A stretch of DNA of 64,000 nt from Macrostomum lignano. Taxonomy: Eukaryota. How positions within the stretch are numbered: the first letter of the stretch is position 1; every line of letters starts with the position of its first letter. Of the stretch, positions 43,101 to 55,850 are shown piece after piece. The notes under the pieces are model-generated. The model did no database searches, was not told where the DNA came from, and worked only from the letters and a program-made list of their open reading frames with translations. A program made the position numbers and the translations under genes. The stretch lies in NCBI GenBank assembly GCA_002269645.1, contig NIVC01001573.1:62001-126000 (forward strand), read 5' to 3'.

Positions 43101-45089
43101 TGGAAGATGTACCACGAGTTCCGCCGGGTGGCTCTGGAGGACAGCGCCGCCGGGCACCGCTACGGCCTGGAGTGCCTGTTCCGCTTCTATTCCTACGGCC
43201 TGGAGAAGCGCTTCCGCAAGGACATCTTCCGCGACTTCAACGAGGAGACGCTGAAAGACTTCAAATCTGGCCAGCTGTACGGTCTGGAGAAGTTCTGGGC
43301 GCTCTTTAGATACTCAACTATCGATCCTGATGCTCTGGAGATGAGCCCCGTGCTCAGGGAGGCCCTGACTCGCTACACTTCTATTGAGCACTTTAGAAGC
43401 GATAAGGTACGTCACGGAGTCTTTGTTCGTCTGTTTTTGCTAATTCTTATGCTTTTAGAGTCTTTGCCTAATATGATTGATGCCCACCATCATGCAGCTT
43501 GAGGTCTTTGTCCAACCTGATTAATTGGCACCATCAGATTCTGTAGCTTTGAGGTCTTTGTCCAATCTGATTGAATGCTGGCATCAGATTCTGTAGCTTT
43601 GAGGTCTTTGTCCAATCTGATTGATTGCTGGCATCATGTAGCTTTGAGGTCTTTGTCCAATCTGATTGATTGCTGGCATCATGTAGCTTTGAGGTCTTTG
43701 TCCAATCTGATTGAATGCTGGCATCAGATTCTGTAGCTTTGAGGTCTTTGTCCAATCTGATTGATTGCTGGCATCAGATTCTGTAGCTTTTAGGTCTTTG
43801 TCCAATCTGATTGATTGCTGGCATCAGATTCTGTAGCTTTGAGGTCTTTGTCCAATCTGATTGAATGCTGGCATCAGGTTCTGTAGCTTTTAGGTCTTTG
43901 TCCAATCTGATTGATTGCTGGCATCAGATTCTGTAGCTTTGAGGTCTTTGTCCAATCTGATTGAATGCTGGCATCAGGTTCTGTAGCTTTGAGGTCTTTG
44001 TCCAATCTGATTGAATGCTGGCATTAGATTCTGTAGCTTTGAGGTCTTTGTCCAATCTGATTGAATGCTGGCATCAGATTCTGTAGCTTTGAGGTCTTTG
44101 TCCAATCTGATTGAATGCTGGCATCAGATTCTGTAGCTTTTAGGTCTTTGTCCAATCTGATTGAATGCTGGCATCAGATTCTGTAGCTTTTAGGTCTTTG
44201 TCCAATCTGATTGATTGCTGGCATCATGTAGCTTTGAGGTCTTTGTCCAATCTGATTGAATTTTGGCATCAGATTCTGTAGCTTTGAGGTCTTTGTCCAA
44301 TCTGATTGAATGCTGGCATCAGATTCTGTAGCTTTGAGGTCTTTGTCCAATCTGATTGAATGCTGGCATCAGATTCTGTAGCTTTTAGGTCTTTGTCCAA
44401 TCTGATTGAATGCTGGCATCAGATTCTGTAGCTTTGAGGTCTTTGTCCAATCTGATTGAATGCTGGCATCAGATTCTGTAGCTTTTAGGTCTTTGTCCAA
44501 TCTGATTGATTGCTGGCATCAGATTCTGTAGTCTTTGTACCGGTACTATAGGTACCTATAAACTATTTCCTCGCAGTCTTCTCTGTTGTGTATTGAACGC
44601 GTAGGTTTTTTGTGCGGGTGAGAATAACAATTGTGGAGTCTCGACTGACTCCGCTGCTTTATATTTGTTAGTAAGTGAAGCGTGCACGTTGGGTGTATAC
44701 ACCTGGCCGATTGGCTAAATGTTACGCAATGCTTGGGTTGAATACAATATTGTTGAAACATAAATACGATACAACTGAAGTACTCAATTTAGTACTCACG
44801 CCACAAAATCCCCACTCCCCAATCCCCACCCCAAAACCCGCAGTTCATCCCGCCCCAGGGCTTCTTCGTCCGCAAGCGCAACCGGAACTCGCGCTGCTAC
44901 AGCGAGTCTGAGGGCGCAGCCGCCGCTGTTGCCGCAGCGGCAGCAGCCGCCGTCAACAACGGGCCAAGCAGCGGGGGCGCGAAACAAAGACTCAGCGTTG
45001 GCCAATCAGCGCCGGCCACGCGCTCGGCATCCGCGGCAGCGTCTGGCGCGGCCACGCCCGTGCTGGGCAGCAGCGCGCCCTCCGATTGA
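35344..45089 (+). CDS. LARP1: La-related protein 1 (La motif, PAM2, DM15 repeats), 1206 aa
   Basis: join(35344..36166,37024..37251,38220..38596,39186..39489,39634..39726,40694..41693,42383..42540,43015..43406,44844..45089), 3621 nt, frame-consistent. La motif [14 protein letters not shown]...GFNRV, PAM2 [12 protein letters not shown]15 [17 protein letters not shown]...[17 protein letters not shown]...LYGLEKFWA. Confidence 0.92.
36220..36870. repeat. 26-bp minisatellite (ACAGACACAGGTAGACAGGCAGATAG), LARP1 intron 1
   Basis: Tandem units visible. Confidence 0.93.
37350..37990. repeat. 30-bp minisatellite (AATGAGCCTATAGAAACCTGAGCAATACAC), LARP1 intron 2
   Basis: Exact 30-bp period: the units stay in register with the 60-column lines. 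Confidence 0.95.
38620..39065. repeat. 42-43-bp minisatellite (CAGCAGGTGAGATAAGATGGGTCACAGTCGCTGATCTGTGAGT), LARP1 intron 3
   Basis: About 10 tandem units starting just after the donor. Confidence 0.93.
39752..40203. repeat. (TTAG)n microsatellite, LARP1 intron 5
   Basis: Tetranucleotide run with CTAG and TCAG variants. Confidence 0.96.
40205..40435 (+). mobile_element. Diverged SINE family B fragment
   Basis: B-box AGTTCGATTCC at 40221. GACGATTATAAAGTCAGGGCTGCTGTGCACCCTGTGTGAGCG resembles the 18928 copy. Confidence 0.55.
40684..40697. promoter_or_regulatory. Consensus RFX X-box (GTTCCCATAGCAAC) overlapping the LARP1 exon 6 acceptor
   Basis: Matches GTTNCCATRGCAAC exactly. A CATGGCGAC half-site lies at 40670-40678. 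Function is untested. Confidence 0.35.
41729..42252. repeat. 16-bp minisatellite (CCCTGAGCTTCACAAA), LARP1 intron 6
   Basis: Tandem units with variants. Confidence 0.92.
42605..42990. repeat. 18-bp minisatellite (CATTCACATCTCACCCTC), LARP1 intron 7
   Basis: Tandem units. They account for the (TSHPPF)n N-terminal part of ORF 42750..43502. Confidence 0.9.
43497..44535. repeat. 50-bp minisatellite (GTCTTTGTCCAATCTGATTGAATGCTGGCATCAGATTCTGTAGCTTTGAG), LARP1 intron 8
   Basis: About 21 units, including 44-bp deletion variants. Confidence 0.95.
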
Positions 45090-46419
45090 GTCTTCGTTGC
45101 TGTTTGTTTATCTTGATTGGATTTTTGACGGTTTGAGTTCCGGTACATGGACTGCTAATGCGGGATTAGCTGGACTGGAAACTGACGCAAGTGAAGTGGC
45201 CGCATAATTATTTACCAACTGCCATTCGCTTTGAGAGTTTATTTTCTGAAAATGATTTCCTTCCAGTCCAGCTGCTGTTTGTTGTCCATGGTTTGTTCAA
45301 ACGTATAAGCAGCGTATTTTTTTAATATTTTTTCTTTGAGCGAATCGTGTGAAACCGAAGACAAAAAAGCGGCATGATTTTTTTCTGTAATTTTTTGTCT
45401 AATTAACTTTTTTAAATAGTTGGTCCGCGCTATCCTACTGTAAGTAGCTGCACAGTTGAACATATTTAATTCTAACTTCTATGCGTGTTTCTTTGTCTTG
45501 GACTCTTGGAATAATAAAATTTCTCCCTGCCCTCTGGTTTCGGTTGTTTGCCGTGCTGTGGAGACCTGCGGCCCTTGTTCACCTGTAATTGTTTGTTTTT
45601 TTACAATTTTACTTATTTAAAATGCTTTTTCAATAACAAACAGCTCGCGTAACTTTTGTTAAAGATAATATAAAATTTCTTCAAATTCTTGGCGCCTTAA
45701 TTAATACAAAAACAACTGCCACAGTCCCTGAGATCCCTGGACCGCATGCTTGGTACCGTCTTCCCAAATTTTTTAATTAACCCCGAGCTGACACAAATAG
45801 GACTTAACTTGCAATAGCGGTAATTCTGTTTCTACTGCAACTTTTCTGCTTGAAGTCTGCTTTTTAGAAGAATTAAAATTTAAATTGCTGTGCATCATTT
45901 CAATAATATTAATAATATGTTGCATAGATGATTTGTCCTTGTTTATCAATTACCGCATCGCTTATCATTGTCCCATGCTTATATTGCCTATTGATTTGTG
46001 TTAGGGATATCGTGTCAACTTTTATACTTAATTGAGTGTTTTAGAGTAAGTATATGTAAAGTTATGTTTGCTTCAGGTTTTAGTCGCTATCATTACTCAT
46101 AAGTCTTTTTACTTTTTCGAGAGAAAAAATTAACCCCACTCTAACTGACTACTGTTTCCCGCTCCAGTCAGTAGTATAATTGTATCGGTTTTTTCTTGCT
46201 GCGAATTTAGGCCGCACTGTTTTTTGCATGCCAACTAGTGCTGCTAAGTCTATTGCTTTAATTAATCTGTTGCTATGCCGCTGTTCAGGTAAATAAAATT
46301 GCTAGCTAAAAGTTTTGGGAGTATTTTTGTCACTTTTCTCCCCCTCCCTTCTTTGGTGGCTGATCCGCTGAAATCCTCGAGCAACTCTTTGTTTGCTAAT
46401 TTGAGTTTGAGAGGATCCT

Positions 46420-49175
46420 GGCTGTTTCATAAGCTATGTCAGGCTGTGTCATAAGCTATGTCAGGCTGTGTCATAAGCTATGTCAGGCTGTGTCATAAGC
46501 TATGTCAGGCTGTGTCATAAGCTATGTCAGGCTGTGTCATAAGCTATGTCAGGCTGTGTCATAAGCTATGTCAGGCTGTGTCATAAGCTATGTCAGGCTG
46601 TGTCATAAGCTATGTCAGGCTGTGTCATAAGCTATGTCAGGCTGTGTCATAAGCTATGTCAGGCTGTGTCATAAGCTATGTCAGGCTGTGTCATAAGCTA
46701 TGTCAGGCTGTTTCATAAGCTATGTCAGGCTGTGTCATAAGCTATGTCAGGCTGTTTCATAAGCTATGTCAGGCTGTGTCATAAGCTATGTCAGGCTGTG
46801 TCATAAGCTATGTCAGGCTGTGTCATAAGCTATGTCAGGCTGTGTCATAAGCTATGTCAGGCTGTGTCATAAGCTATGTCAGGCTGTGTCATAAGCTATG
46901 TCAGGCTGTTTCATAAGCTATGTCAGGCTGTGTCATAAGCTATGTCAGGCTGTTTCATAAGCTATGTCAGGCTGTGTCATAAGCTATGTCAGGCTGTTTC
47001 ATAAGCTATGTCAGGCTGTGTCATAAGCTATGTCAGGCTGTGTCATAACATAAGCTATGTCAGGCTGTGTCATAAGCTATGTCAGGATGTGTCATAAGCT
47101 ATGTCAGGCTGTGTCATAAGCTATGTCAGGCTGTGTCATAACATAAGCTATGTCAGGCTGTGTCATAAGCTATGTCAGGATGTGTCATAAGCTATGTCAG
47201 GCTGTGTCATAAGCTATGTCAGGCTGTTTCATAAGCTATGTCAGGCTGTGTCATAAGCTATGTCAGGCTGTGTCATAAGCTATGTCAGGCTGTGTCATAA
47301 GCTATGTCAGGCTGTGTCATAAGCTATGTCAGGCTGTGTCATAAGCTATGTCAGGCTGTGTCATAAGCTATGTCAGGCTGTGTCATAAGCTATGTCAGGC
47401 TGTTTCATAAGCTATGTCAGGCTGTGTCATAAGCTATGTCAGGCTGTTTCATAAGCTATGTCAGGCTGTGTCATAAGCTATGTCAGGCTGTGTCATAAGC
47501 TATGTCAGGCTGTGTCATAAGCTATGTCAGGCTGTGTCATAAGCTATGTCAGGCTGTGTCATAAGCTATGTCAGGCTGTGTCATAAGCTATGTCAGGCTG
47601 TGTCATAAGCTATGTCAGGCTGTTTCATAAGCTATGTCAGGCTGTGTCATAAGCTATGTCAGGCTGTTTCATAAGCTATGTCAGGCTGTGTCATAAGCTA
47701 TGTCAGGCTGTGTCATAAGCTATGTCAGGCTGTGTCATAAGCTATGTCAGGCTGTGTCATAACATAAGCTATGTCAGGCTGTGTCATAAGCTATGTCAGG
47801 CTGTTTCATAAGCTATGTCAGGCTGTGTCATAAGCTATGTCAGGCTGTTTCATAAGCTATGTCAGGCTGTGTCATAAGCTATGTCAGGCTGTTTCATAAG
47901 CTATGTCAGGCTGTGTCATAAGCTATGTCAGGCTGTGTCATAAGCTATGTCAGGCTGTGTCATAAGCTATGTCAGGCTGTGTCATAAGCTATGTCAGGCT
48001 GTGTCATAAGCTATGTCAGGCTGTGTCATAAGCTATGTCAGGCTGTGTCATAAGCTATGTCAGGCTGTGTCATAAGCTATGTCAGGCTGTTTCATAAGCT
48101 ATGTCAGGCTGTGTCATAAGCTATGTCAGGCTGTTTCATAAGCTATGTCAGGCTGTTTCATAAGCTATGTCAGGCTGTGTCATAAGCTATGTCAGGCTGT
48201 GTCATAAGCTATGTCAGGCTGTGTCATAAGCTATGTCAGGCTGTGTCATAAGCTATGTCAGGCTGTGTCATAAGCTATGTCAGGATGTGTCATAAGCTAT
48301 GTCAGGCTGTTTCATAAGCTATGTCAGGCTGTGTCATAAGCTATGTCAGGCTGTTTCATAAGCTATGTCAGGCTGTGTCATAAGCTATGTCAGGCTGTGT
48401 CATAAGCTATGTCAGGCTGTGTCATAAGCTATGTCAGGCTGTGTCATAACATAAGCTATGTCAGGCTGTGTCATAAGCTATGTCAGGATGTGTCATAAGC
48501 TATGTCAGGCTGTGTCATAAGCTATGTCAGGCTGTGTCATAAGCTATGTCAGGATGTGTCATAAGCTGTCAGGATGTGTCATAAGCTATGTCAGGCTGTT
48601 TCATAAGCTATTTCAGACTGTGTCATAAGCTATGTCAGGCTGTTTCATAAGCTATGTCAGGCTGTGTCATAAGCTATGTCAGGCTGTGTCATAAGCTATG
48701 TCAGGCTGTGTCATAAGCTATGTCAGGCTGTGTCATAAGCTATGTCAGGATGTGTCATAAGCTATGTCAGGCTGTGTCATAAGCTATGTCAGGCTGTGTC
48801 ATAAGCTATGTCAGGATGTGTCATAAGCTATGTCAGGATGTGTCATAAGCTATGTCAGGCTGTGTCATAAGCTGTCAGGATGTGTCATAAGCTGTCAGGA
48901 TGTGTCATAAGCTATGTCAGGCTGTGTCATAAGCTGTCAGGATGTGTCATAAGCTATGTCAGGCTGTGTCATAAGCTATGTCAGGCTGTGTCATAAGCTA
49001 TGTCAGGCTGTGTCATAAGCTATGTCAGGCTGTGTCATAAGCTATGTCAGGCTGTGTCATAAGCTATGTCAGGCTGTATTGTAAGCTGTGTCAGGTAGTG
49101 TTACCAGCTTTCAGGCTGTGTCATAAGCTGTCAGGCAGTGTTATTAACTGTGTCAGGCTGTGTCATAAGCTGTCG
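46420..49175. repeat. 22-bp minisatellite (CATAAGCTATGTCAGGCTGTGT), intergenic
   Basis: Highly homogeneous array of about 2.7 kb that degenerates at its right end. Confidence 0.98.
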
Positions 49176-49879
49176 TTTGACATGAGATCAAGCTTTGTAT
49201 AAGCTTTCCAGAGCTGTGTCAAGCTATCATAAGCTGTCATAGTTTACATGTATTACAATCATCATTTGTCATGAGAGCCTGTGTCCGGTGGTGCCGTAGG
49301 CGAATGTCGAAAGCACAATCGGCGTCGTTAAGCTTGCGTTCAATGGATCTGTCCATTTAATATTTAATCGCAACATATCGGTAGCCAGTATCGGTTATTT
49401 GATAAGTCACTCCCTCCAGTTGCTGCAGATGCACTTCTCTGGCTTAGTTTCATAGGGGGCAGACTGACAAGAGAGCTTTGTGGGGAGAAGCCCAGTCTAG
49501 GGGGAAAACGATCCCAAGCTACCTCAGTTCTTCCCTTGTTCTTTTCGACAATAAAATTGCCGTCTTTGAGGACAGTGAGACAGCAGACTGGCTCGCTATT
49601 CAGTTTGGGTTTGTATTGTCTCAGTCACGAACCGCTGGGATCTTTGCTCGTCCACCTGTCAGTCTCGCTGGTAGTCCTTCCGATTGTTCGCGAGTTTCAC
49701 GAATTGAGAGTTTTTATCGGAGTTGGCTTGTGTGAGTGCAATGGAAGCAGTTGGCCATTTTTGTTGCCATTTAATAGTTATATGAAATTATGGTGCCATC
49801 TGACATATAGTAGTAATGCTTATTAGGGTGCCCACTGACAACACTCAAGGTAACCCTCTAGCATCTATTTATGGCATGT

Positions 49880-50178
49880 GGCATTATCTGACCCCAATTA
49901 TGGCATCATCTGACACCTATTTGTGGCATCATCTGCGACACCTGTTTATGGCATTATCTGACACCTATTTATGGCATTATCTGACACCTATTCATGGCAT
50001 CATCTGACACCTATTCATGGCATCATCTGACACCTATTTGTGGCATCATCTGACAACTATTCATAACATCATCTGACACCTATTCATGGTATCATCTAAC
50101 ATCTATTCATGGCATCATCTGACACCTATTCATGGCATCATCTGACATCTATTCATGGCATCATCTGACACCTATTTG
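49880..50178. repeat. 23-bp minisatellite (TGGCATCATCTGACACCTATTCA)
   Basis: About 13 degenerate units upstream of the RBM24-like gene. Confidence 0.88.
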
Positions 50179-50802
50179 TTAGCATAGTCGACCTCTGACC
50201 CCTACTACACATATCGGCATATTTTTGAAAGATCGGGAAAAACAGTCCCCTAAAACTTCAAACGCAGACTTAAGTATTTCCGCCACAATTACCGCGCAAA
50301 GCCAAATGCTCATTGTGCCTATAAACAACTTTGTTGCTGAGCATACATACCGCGCGCTGCAACTTTTGGCCAGTCTCTCTGACACGTATCTTAGACTAGA
50401 CTGTAATTCTAATGACCTGAACAAATTTATTGGCCCAATCTTGTTTCAGCCAATGGGCAGAGGGCGTCAGATGCATAGGCAGTTGTATGCCTGTTCTGTC
50501 TGCCAGCAATTGTGTGTGCTGGTGGCTCCTGCGCCCCCCCCCCTTCCCCACCCCTCCAAGGGGGCAGAGGGCCGACCGATGACGGAGGGGTGTTGTTTCG
50601 GCGGAGGCTGGGGTGGCCGCTGGCGGGGCTGGAAATTGTTTTGCAACTGTGTAGCAGCCGCATCCGAGGGCGAGCCGGCCGGGTGTGGAATAAAAGGTGC
50701 CCTAACCCTGCTTTTTCCGCTGTGCAGCAGCAGCAGCTCTCTTTAGCTGACAGCCCCAACCGCAAGTTCGCCCAGGAAAAAGCAGTAGCAGGTTCAGCGA
50801 CA

Positions 50803-53800
50803 ATGTCTTCCAACTCGTCATCGCCGCTGGTGCACCAGAAGGACACAACCTACACGAAGATCTTCGTGGGCGGCCTGCCGTACCACACCACGGACGAGAC
50901 GCTGAGGAAATACTTTGAGCAGTTCGGTGACCTGGACGAAGCGGTGGTCATCACGGATAGGAACACGAATAAGAGCCGGGGCTACGGATTCGTGAGTAGC
51001 CGCCGGGACTGGGACAGCCGGGCTGAGATTGCGAGATTCTGGAGTGAGATTGTGAGATTTCAGAGCGAGACTGTGAGATTTTCGAGTAAGATTGTGAGAT
51101 TCTGGAGTGAGATTGTGAGATTTCAGAGCGAGACTGTGAGATTTCAGAGTGAGACTGTGTGATTTCAGAGTGAGATTGTGAGATTTTAGAGGGAGACTGT
51201 GAGATTTTTTAGTGGGACTGTGAGATTTTGGAGTGAGATAGCGAGATTTCGGAGTGAGATAGCGAGATTTAGGAGTGAGCTTACGAGATTCTGGAGTGAG
51301 ATTGTGAGATTTCAGAGCGAGACTGTGTGGTTTCAGAGTGAGATTGTGAGATTTTAGAGGGAGACTGTGAGATTTTTGAGTGAGACTGGGAGATCATGAG
51401 ATTTCAGAGTGAAATTATGAGATTGAGGCTGAGTGAGAGTTTAAGTGAGATCCTCACCTCTGGTGGTGAGACTTTAGGAAGAAGAGTGAGGCAACCGGAG
51501 CCCAGACTTCAATATCTACAGGTGGAAAAAGTTAGAATACAAATTTCGAATGCTCCGCTGCTAATAGCGAAATAGCGAAACAGTTCCAGCGGAGCACCTG
51601 TGCGATGGCGCCCCAGTCTGGATAATGCAACTGCAAAATAAACTGCCTCTGTGGGTCAATTAGGCAGGCCGGGAACCTGCAGAGCTGCCCCATGGCTGCA
51701 GCGGACTTACCAACCAGCCTCCAACCCCCATCCCAAAACGCCCCTGTTGCTGCCCACCGCATTCCGTCCGCCTGTGAGGCTGCGTGAGATGAGGCTTGAA
51801 GTTATTGTTCCACCAACGTTGCCGCCCGCGTCCTCAATGCAAATTTCTGCAGTTTAACTGAGGCTGGAGAGCCCGCAGCCTCCTGTCTCCCTCTCTGCCC
51901 CCCTCTCCTTCCCACCCCTTCCCTGCTTCTGTTCTGTCAGCCGCTGGGAACCCATACAATCATCATTTTTAATAGTTTTATATTTTCAGCTAAACACTAT
52001 TTCTCTTCTAAAAGCTGCACATCTGCCTGATTCAGCTTTTGGTTTGCCCGATGGCTCACCGGTAACACCTGCAGGCAGTCCAAGACTTTGCCATCAATAA
52101 GAGCAAAGGTTAATTGCCCGCCTGACCCCGGGGGGCAGCCCCCTAGCCAGCTTCTTCAGCCGTTGCTGATGGAGCTGCGGGCACCGAAAGCGGAAAACTT
52201 TGTACAGCCCAGTCGGCTGATAAGAGAACAAACCATTTTCTGCTTTCTGTGCCGGGCTGGTCTGACCCAAAATCCTACCGCCGGCACAATTATCCCCGCT
52301 TTCTTCCCCTTCCCACTCTCGTCCCCTGTCGGCCGAGTCTGTACACTCGAACAGCGAAGCGCAAAAGCCAAGGGGATTTTGGAAGATTTCGTGTGCGTCA
52401 TGCGTCACAACTGCGCCTAGGGGGGGGGGGGCTCCCAGCAGACCCTCCAGCAGCCCCCAGTCCGAGAGTATTATCAGACTGAACCTTCTGTACCTCTTGT
52501 ACCTTTTTTGGAGGCTTCGCGTTTGTTAGCAATCCAGCATTTTGCATTTTTTTGCTTCAATGTTGCAGAAGTAACAACTGGCATGCCTTTTAAGTTGATC
52601 CTTTTTAACCGATGCTTACTGACGGTTTCCTTCCGATTCTCTGCCCCAACAAATTTGAAATGAGAAATACTTTCACTTTAAGTTTGGTATTGGCTTGGTC
52701 CTGACACTGGTATTGGCTTGGTCCTGACACTGGTATTGGCTTGGTCCTGACACTGGTATTGGCTTGGTCCTGACACTGGTATTGGCCTGGTCCTGACACT
52801 GGTATTAGCTTGGTCCTGACACTGGTATTGGCTTGGTCCTGACACTGGTATTGGCTTGGTCCTGACACTGGTATTGGCCTGGTCCTGACACTGGTATTGG
52901 CCTGGTCCTGACACTGGTATTGGCTTGGTTCTGACACTGGTATTGGCTTGGTTCTGACACTGGTATTGGCTTGGTCCTGACACTGGTATTGGCCTGGTTC
53001 TGACACTGGTATTAGCTTGGTTCTGACACTGGTATTGGCTTGGTTCTGACACTGGTATTGGCTTGGTCCTGACACTGGTATTGGCCTGGTTCTGACACTG
53101 GTATTGGCTTGGTTCTGACACTGGTATTAGCTTGGTTCTGACACTGGTATTGGCTTGGTTCTGACACTGGTATTGGCTTGGTTCTGACACTGGTATTGGC
53201 TTGGTTCTGACACTGGTATTGGCTTGGTTCTGACACTGGTATTGGCTTGGTTCTGACACTGGTATTGGCTTGGTTCTGACACTGGTAGTGGCTTGGTCCT
53301 GACACTGGTATTGGCTTGGTCCTGACACTGGTATTGGCCTGGTCCTGACACTGGTATTGGCTTGGTCCTGACACTGGTATTGGCTTGGTCCTGACACTGG
53401 TATTGGCTTGGTTCTGACACTGGTATTGGCTTGGTTCTGACACTGGTAGTGGCTTGGTCCTGACACTGGTATTGGCTTGGTCCTGACACTGGTATTGGCC
53501 TGGTCCTGACACTGGTATTGGCTTGGTCCTGACACTGGTATTGGCTTGGTCCTGACACTGGTATTAGCCTGGTCCTGACACTGGTGTTGGCTTGGTTCTG
53601 ACACTGGTATTGGCTTGGTCCTGACACTGGTATTAGCTTGGTCCTGACACTGGTATTGGCTTGGTTCTGACACTGGTATTGGCTTGGTTCTGACACTGGT
53701 ATTAGCTTGGTTCTGACACTGGTATTGGCTTGGTTCTGACACTGGTATTGGCTTGGTCCTGACACTGGTATTGGCTTGGTTCTGACACTGGTATTGGCTT

Positions 53801-55202
53801 GGTTCTGACACTGGTATTGGCTTGGTTCTGACACTGGTATTGGCTTGGTCCTGACACTGGTATTGGCTTGGTTCTGACACTGGTATTGGCTTGGTTCTGA
53901 CACTGGTATTGGCTTGGTCCTGACACTGGTATTGGCTTGGTTCTGACACTGGTATTGGCTTGGTTCTGACACTGGTATTGGCTTGGTTCTGACACTGGTA
54001 TTGGCTTGGTTCTGACACTGGTATTGGCTTGGTTCTGACACTGGTATTGGCTTGGTCCTGACACTAGTATTGGCTTGGTCCTGACACTATAGCATTGGCT
54101 TGGTCCTGACACTAGTATTGGCTTGGTCCTGACACTATAGCATTGGCTTGGTCCTGACACTTGTATTGGCTTGGTCCTGACACTAGTATTGGCTTAGTCC
54201 TGAGGTTCACACCTGAGCGACTAAGCTGATTCCGGCCATCCAGTGCAGCAGTTAAACTTGTTAAGTTTGAGATCAGAAAAATGATGAGGGAGAGAGGCTG
54301 GGGAGACTGGCCGCCCCGCAGTTGCACAGGCAGCAGCTCAGTCCTGTCACAGACGGCCAGTGGAGTCTGCAAATTAAAAAAACCAAAAAAAATTTATTGA
54401 CGACTGTTTGTCTCCAGTGCTCATCTATTAATTATTATTCACAAATTATTTTGTTGAAAATGTTGACCAGGCAGCCGTGTGTGTGTGGCAGGAAGCAACC
54501 ACACTCGAGGTGGTCAGGGCTCAGCTTTTATCCTAGACTGGGTTGGGAGCAAAGATGAGAGATGGATGGGCTTGCTGCTAGCGCCTGACCGGGTAAAGTG
54601 GGAGTCAGGGTGCTGTGTCAGTGGGAGTCAGGGTGCTGTGTCAGTGGGAGTCAGAGTGCTGTGTCAGTGGGAGTCAGGGTGCTGTGTCAGTGGGAGTCAG
54701 GGTGCTGTGTCAGTGGGAGTCAGAGTGCTGTGTCAGTGGGAGTCAGGGTGCTGTGTCAGTGGGAGTCAGGGTGCTGTGTCAGTGGGAGTCAGTGCTGTGT
54801 CAGTGGGAGTCAGAGTGCTGTGTCAGTGGGAGTCAGGGTGCTGTGTCAGTGGGAGTCAGGGTGCTGTGTCAGTGGGAGTCAGGTGCTGTGTCAGTGGGAG
54901 TCAGGGTGCTGTGTCAGTGGGAGTCAGGTGCTGTGTCAGTGGGGGTCAGTGCTGTGTCAGAGATGCGCTAGAGTTAGTAGGAGTTATTAGGTTGTGTCAG
55001 TTTGAGCAATATTTCCTTGTCAGTGGATGTCAGAAAAGCCCTTAGCTGCAATCGTGAGCTTCAAATCCGCTGCCGCAGGTGACCATGAAGCGGGCCGAAG
55101 ACGCCTTCAGAGCCATCCAGGAGCCGAACCCGTGCATTGACGGCCGCAAAGCCAACGTGAACCTGGCTGTGATCGGCGCCAAACCCAGGAGCATCCCTAA
55201 CG
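50803..55202 (+). CDS. RBM24: RBM24/RBM38 (SUP-12)-like RRM protein, N-terminal RRM exons; gene continues downstream
   Basis: join(50803..50991,55079..55202,...). [31 protein letters not shown]...KSRGYGF|[37 protein letters not shown] contains RNP2 IFVGGL and RNP1 RGYGFVTM, split by a GT-AG intron. RBM24 and RBM38 cannot be distinguished here. Confidence 0.9.
51024..51420. repeat. 21-bp degenerate minisatellite (GAGATTGTGAGATTTCAGAGC)
   Basis: Begins about 30 nt after the RBM24-like exon 1 donor. Confidence 0.88.
52686..54200. repeat. 23-bp minisatellite (TGACACTGGTATTGGCTTGGTCC)
   Basis: About 65 units. Source of the ([23 protein letters not shown])n ORFs. Confidence 0.97.
54597..54960. 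repeat. 23-bp minisatellite (GTCAGTGGGAGTCAGGGTGCTGT)
   Basis: About 16 units just before RBM24-like exon 2. Confidence 0.93.
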
Positions 55203-55264
55203 GTGAGCGGCTGCGGGATTGGGGATTCGCAATGCTCTGCTGGCCGCGTCTTCGCCTGGCACCT

Positions 55265-55850
55265 CCTCTCTCCCTCTCTGCCTCTCACCCTCTCACCCTC
55301 TCCCCCTCTGCCTCTGCCTCTCTGCCTCTGCCTCTCTGCCTCTGCCTCTCTGCCTCTGCCTCTCTGCCTCTGCCTCTCTGTCTCTGCCTCTCTGCCTCTG
55401 CCTCTCTGCCTCTGCCTCTCTGTCTCTGCCTCTCTGCCTCTGCCTCTCTGCCTCTGCCTCTCTGCCTCTGCCTCTCTGCCTCTGCCTCTCTGCCTCTGCC
55501 TCTCTGTCTCTGCCTCTCTGCCTCTGCCTCTCTGCCTCTGCCTCTCTGCCTCTGCCTCTCTCCTCTCTCCCTCTCTCCTCTCTCCCTCTCACCCTCTCAC
55601 CCTCTCACCCTCTCCCTCTCTGCCTCTGCCTCTCTGCCTCTGCCTCTCTGCCTCTCCCTCTCTGCCTCTGCCTCTCTGCCTCTCTGCCTCTCTGCCTCTG
55701 CCTCTCTGCCTCTCTCTCTCTCTCCTTTTCTGCCTCTCTTCCTTCTCTCCCTGTTTCTCTCTCTCTCGCCCCTCTCTCTCTCTCTACTCTTTTCCTCTTC
55801 CTTTTCCTCGCACCATCTCCCTCTCCTCCTCCCTCTCTTCTTCTCTTTTT
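55265..55850. repeat. (CTCTGC)-based CT-rich repeat
   Basis: Low-complexity tract after the exon 2 donor. Confidence 0.9.

Noticed and set aside
50512-50802. N-terminal extension of the RBM24-like ORF from a TTG start
   Set aside because: The family N-terminus begins just before QKDTTYTK, so ATG 50803 fits. The upstream part looks like promoter/5'UTR (CCAAT boxes at about 50430-50455, AATAAAAG at about 50688).
52605-54160. 446-aa and overlapping repetitive ORFs ([23 protein letters not shown])n
   Set aside because: All three minus frames give the same peptide because the 23-bp unit lacks stops on that strand, and the array is inside the RBM24-like intron.
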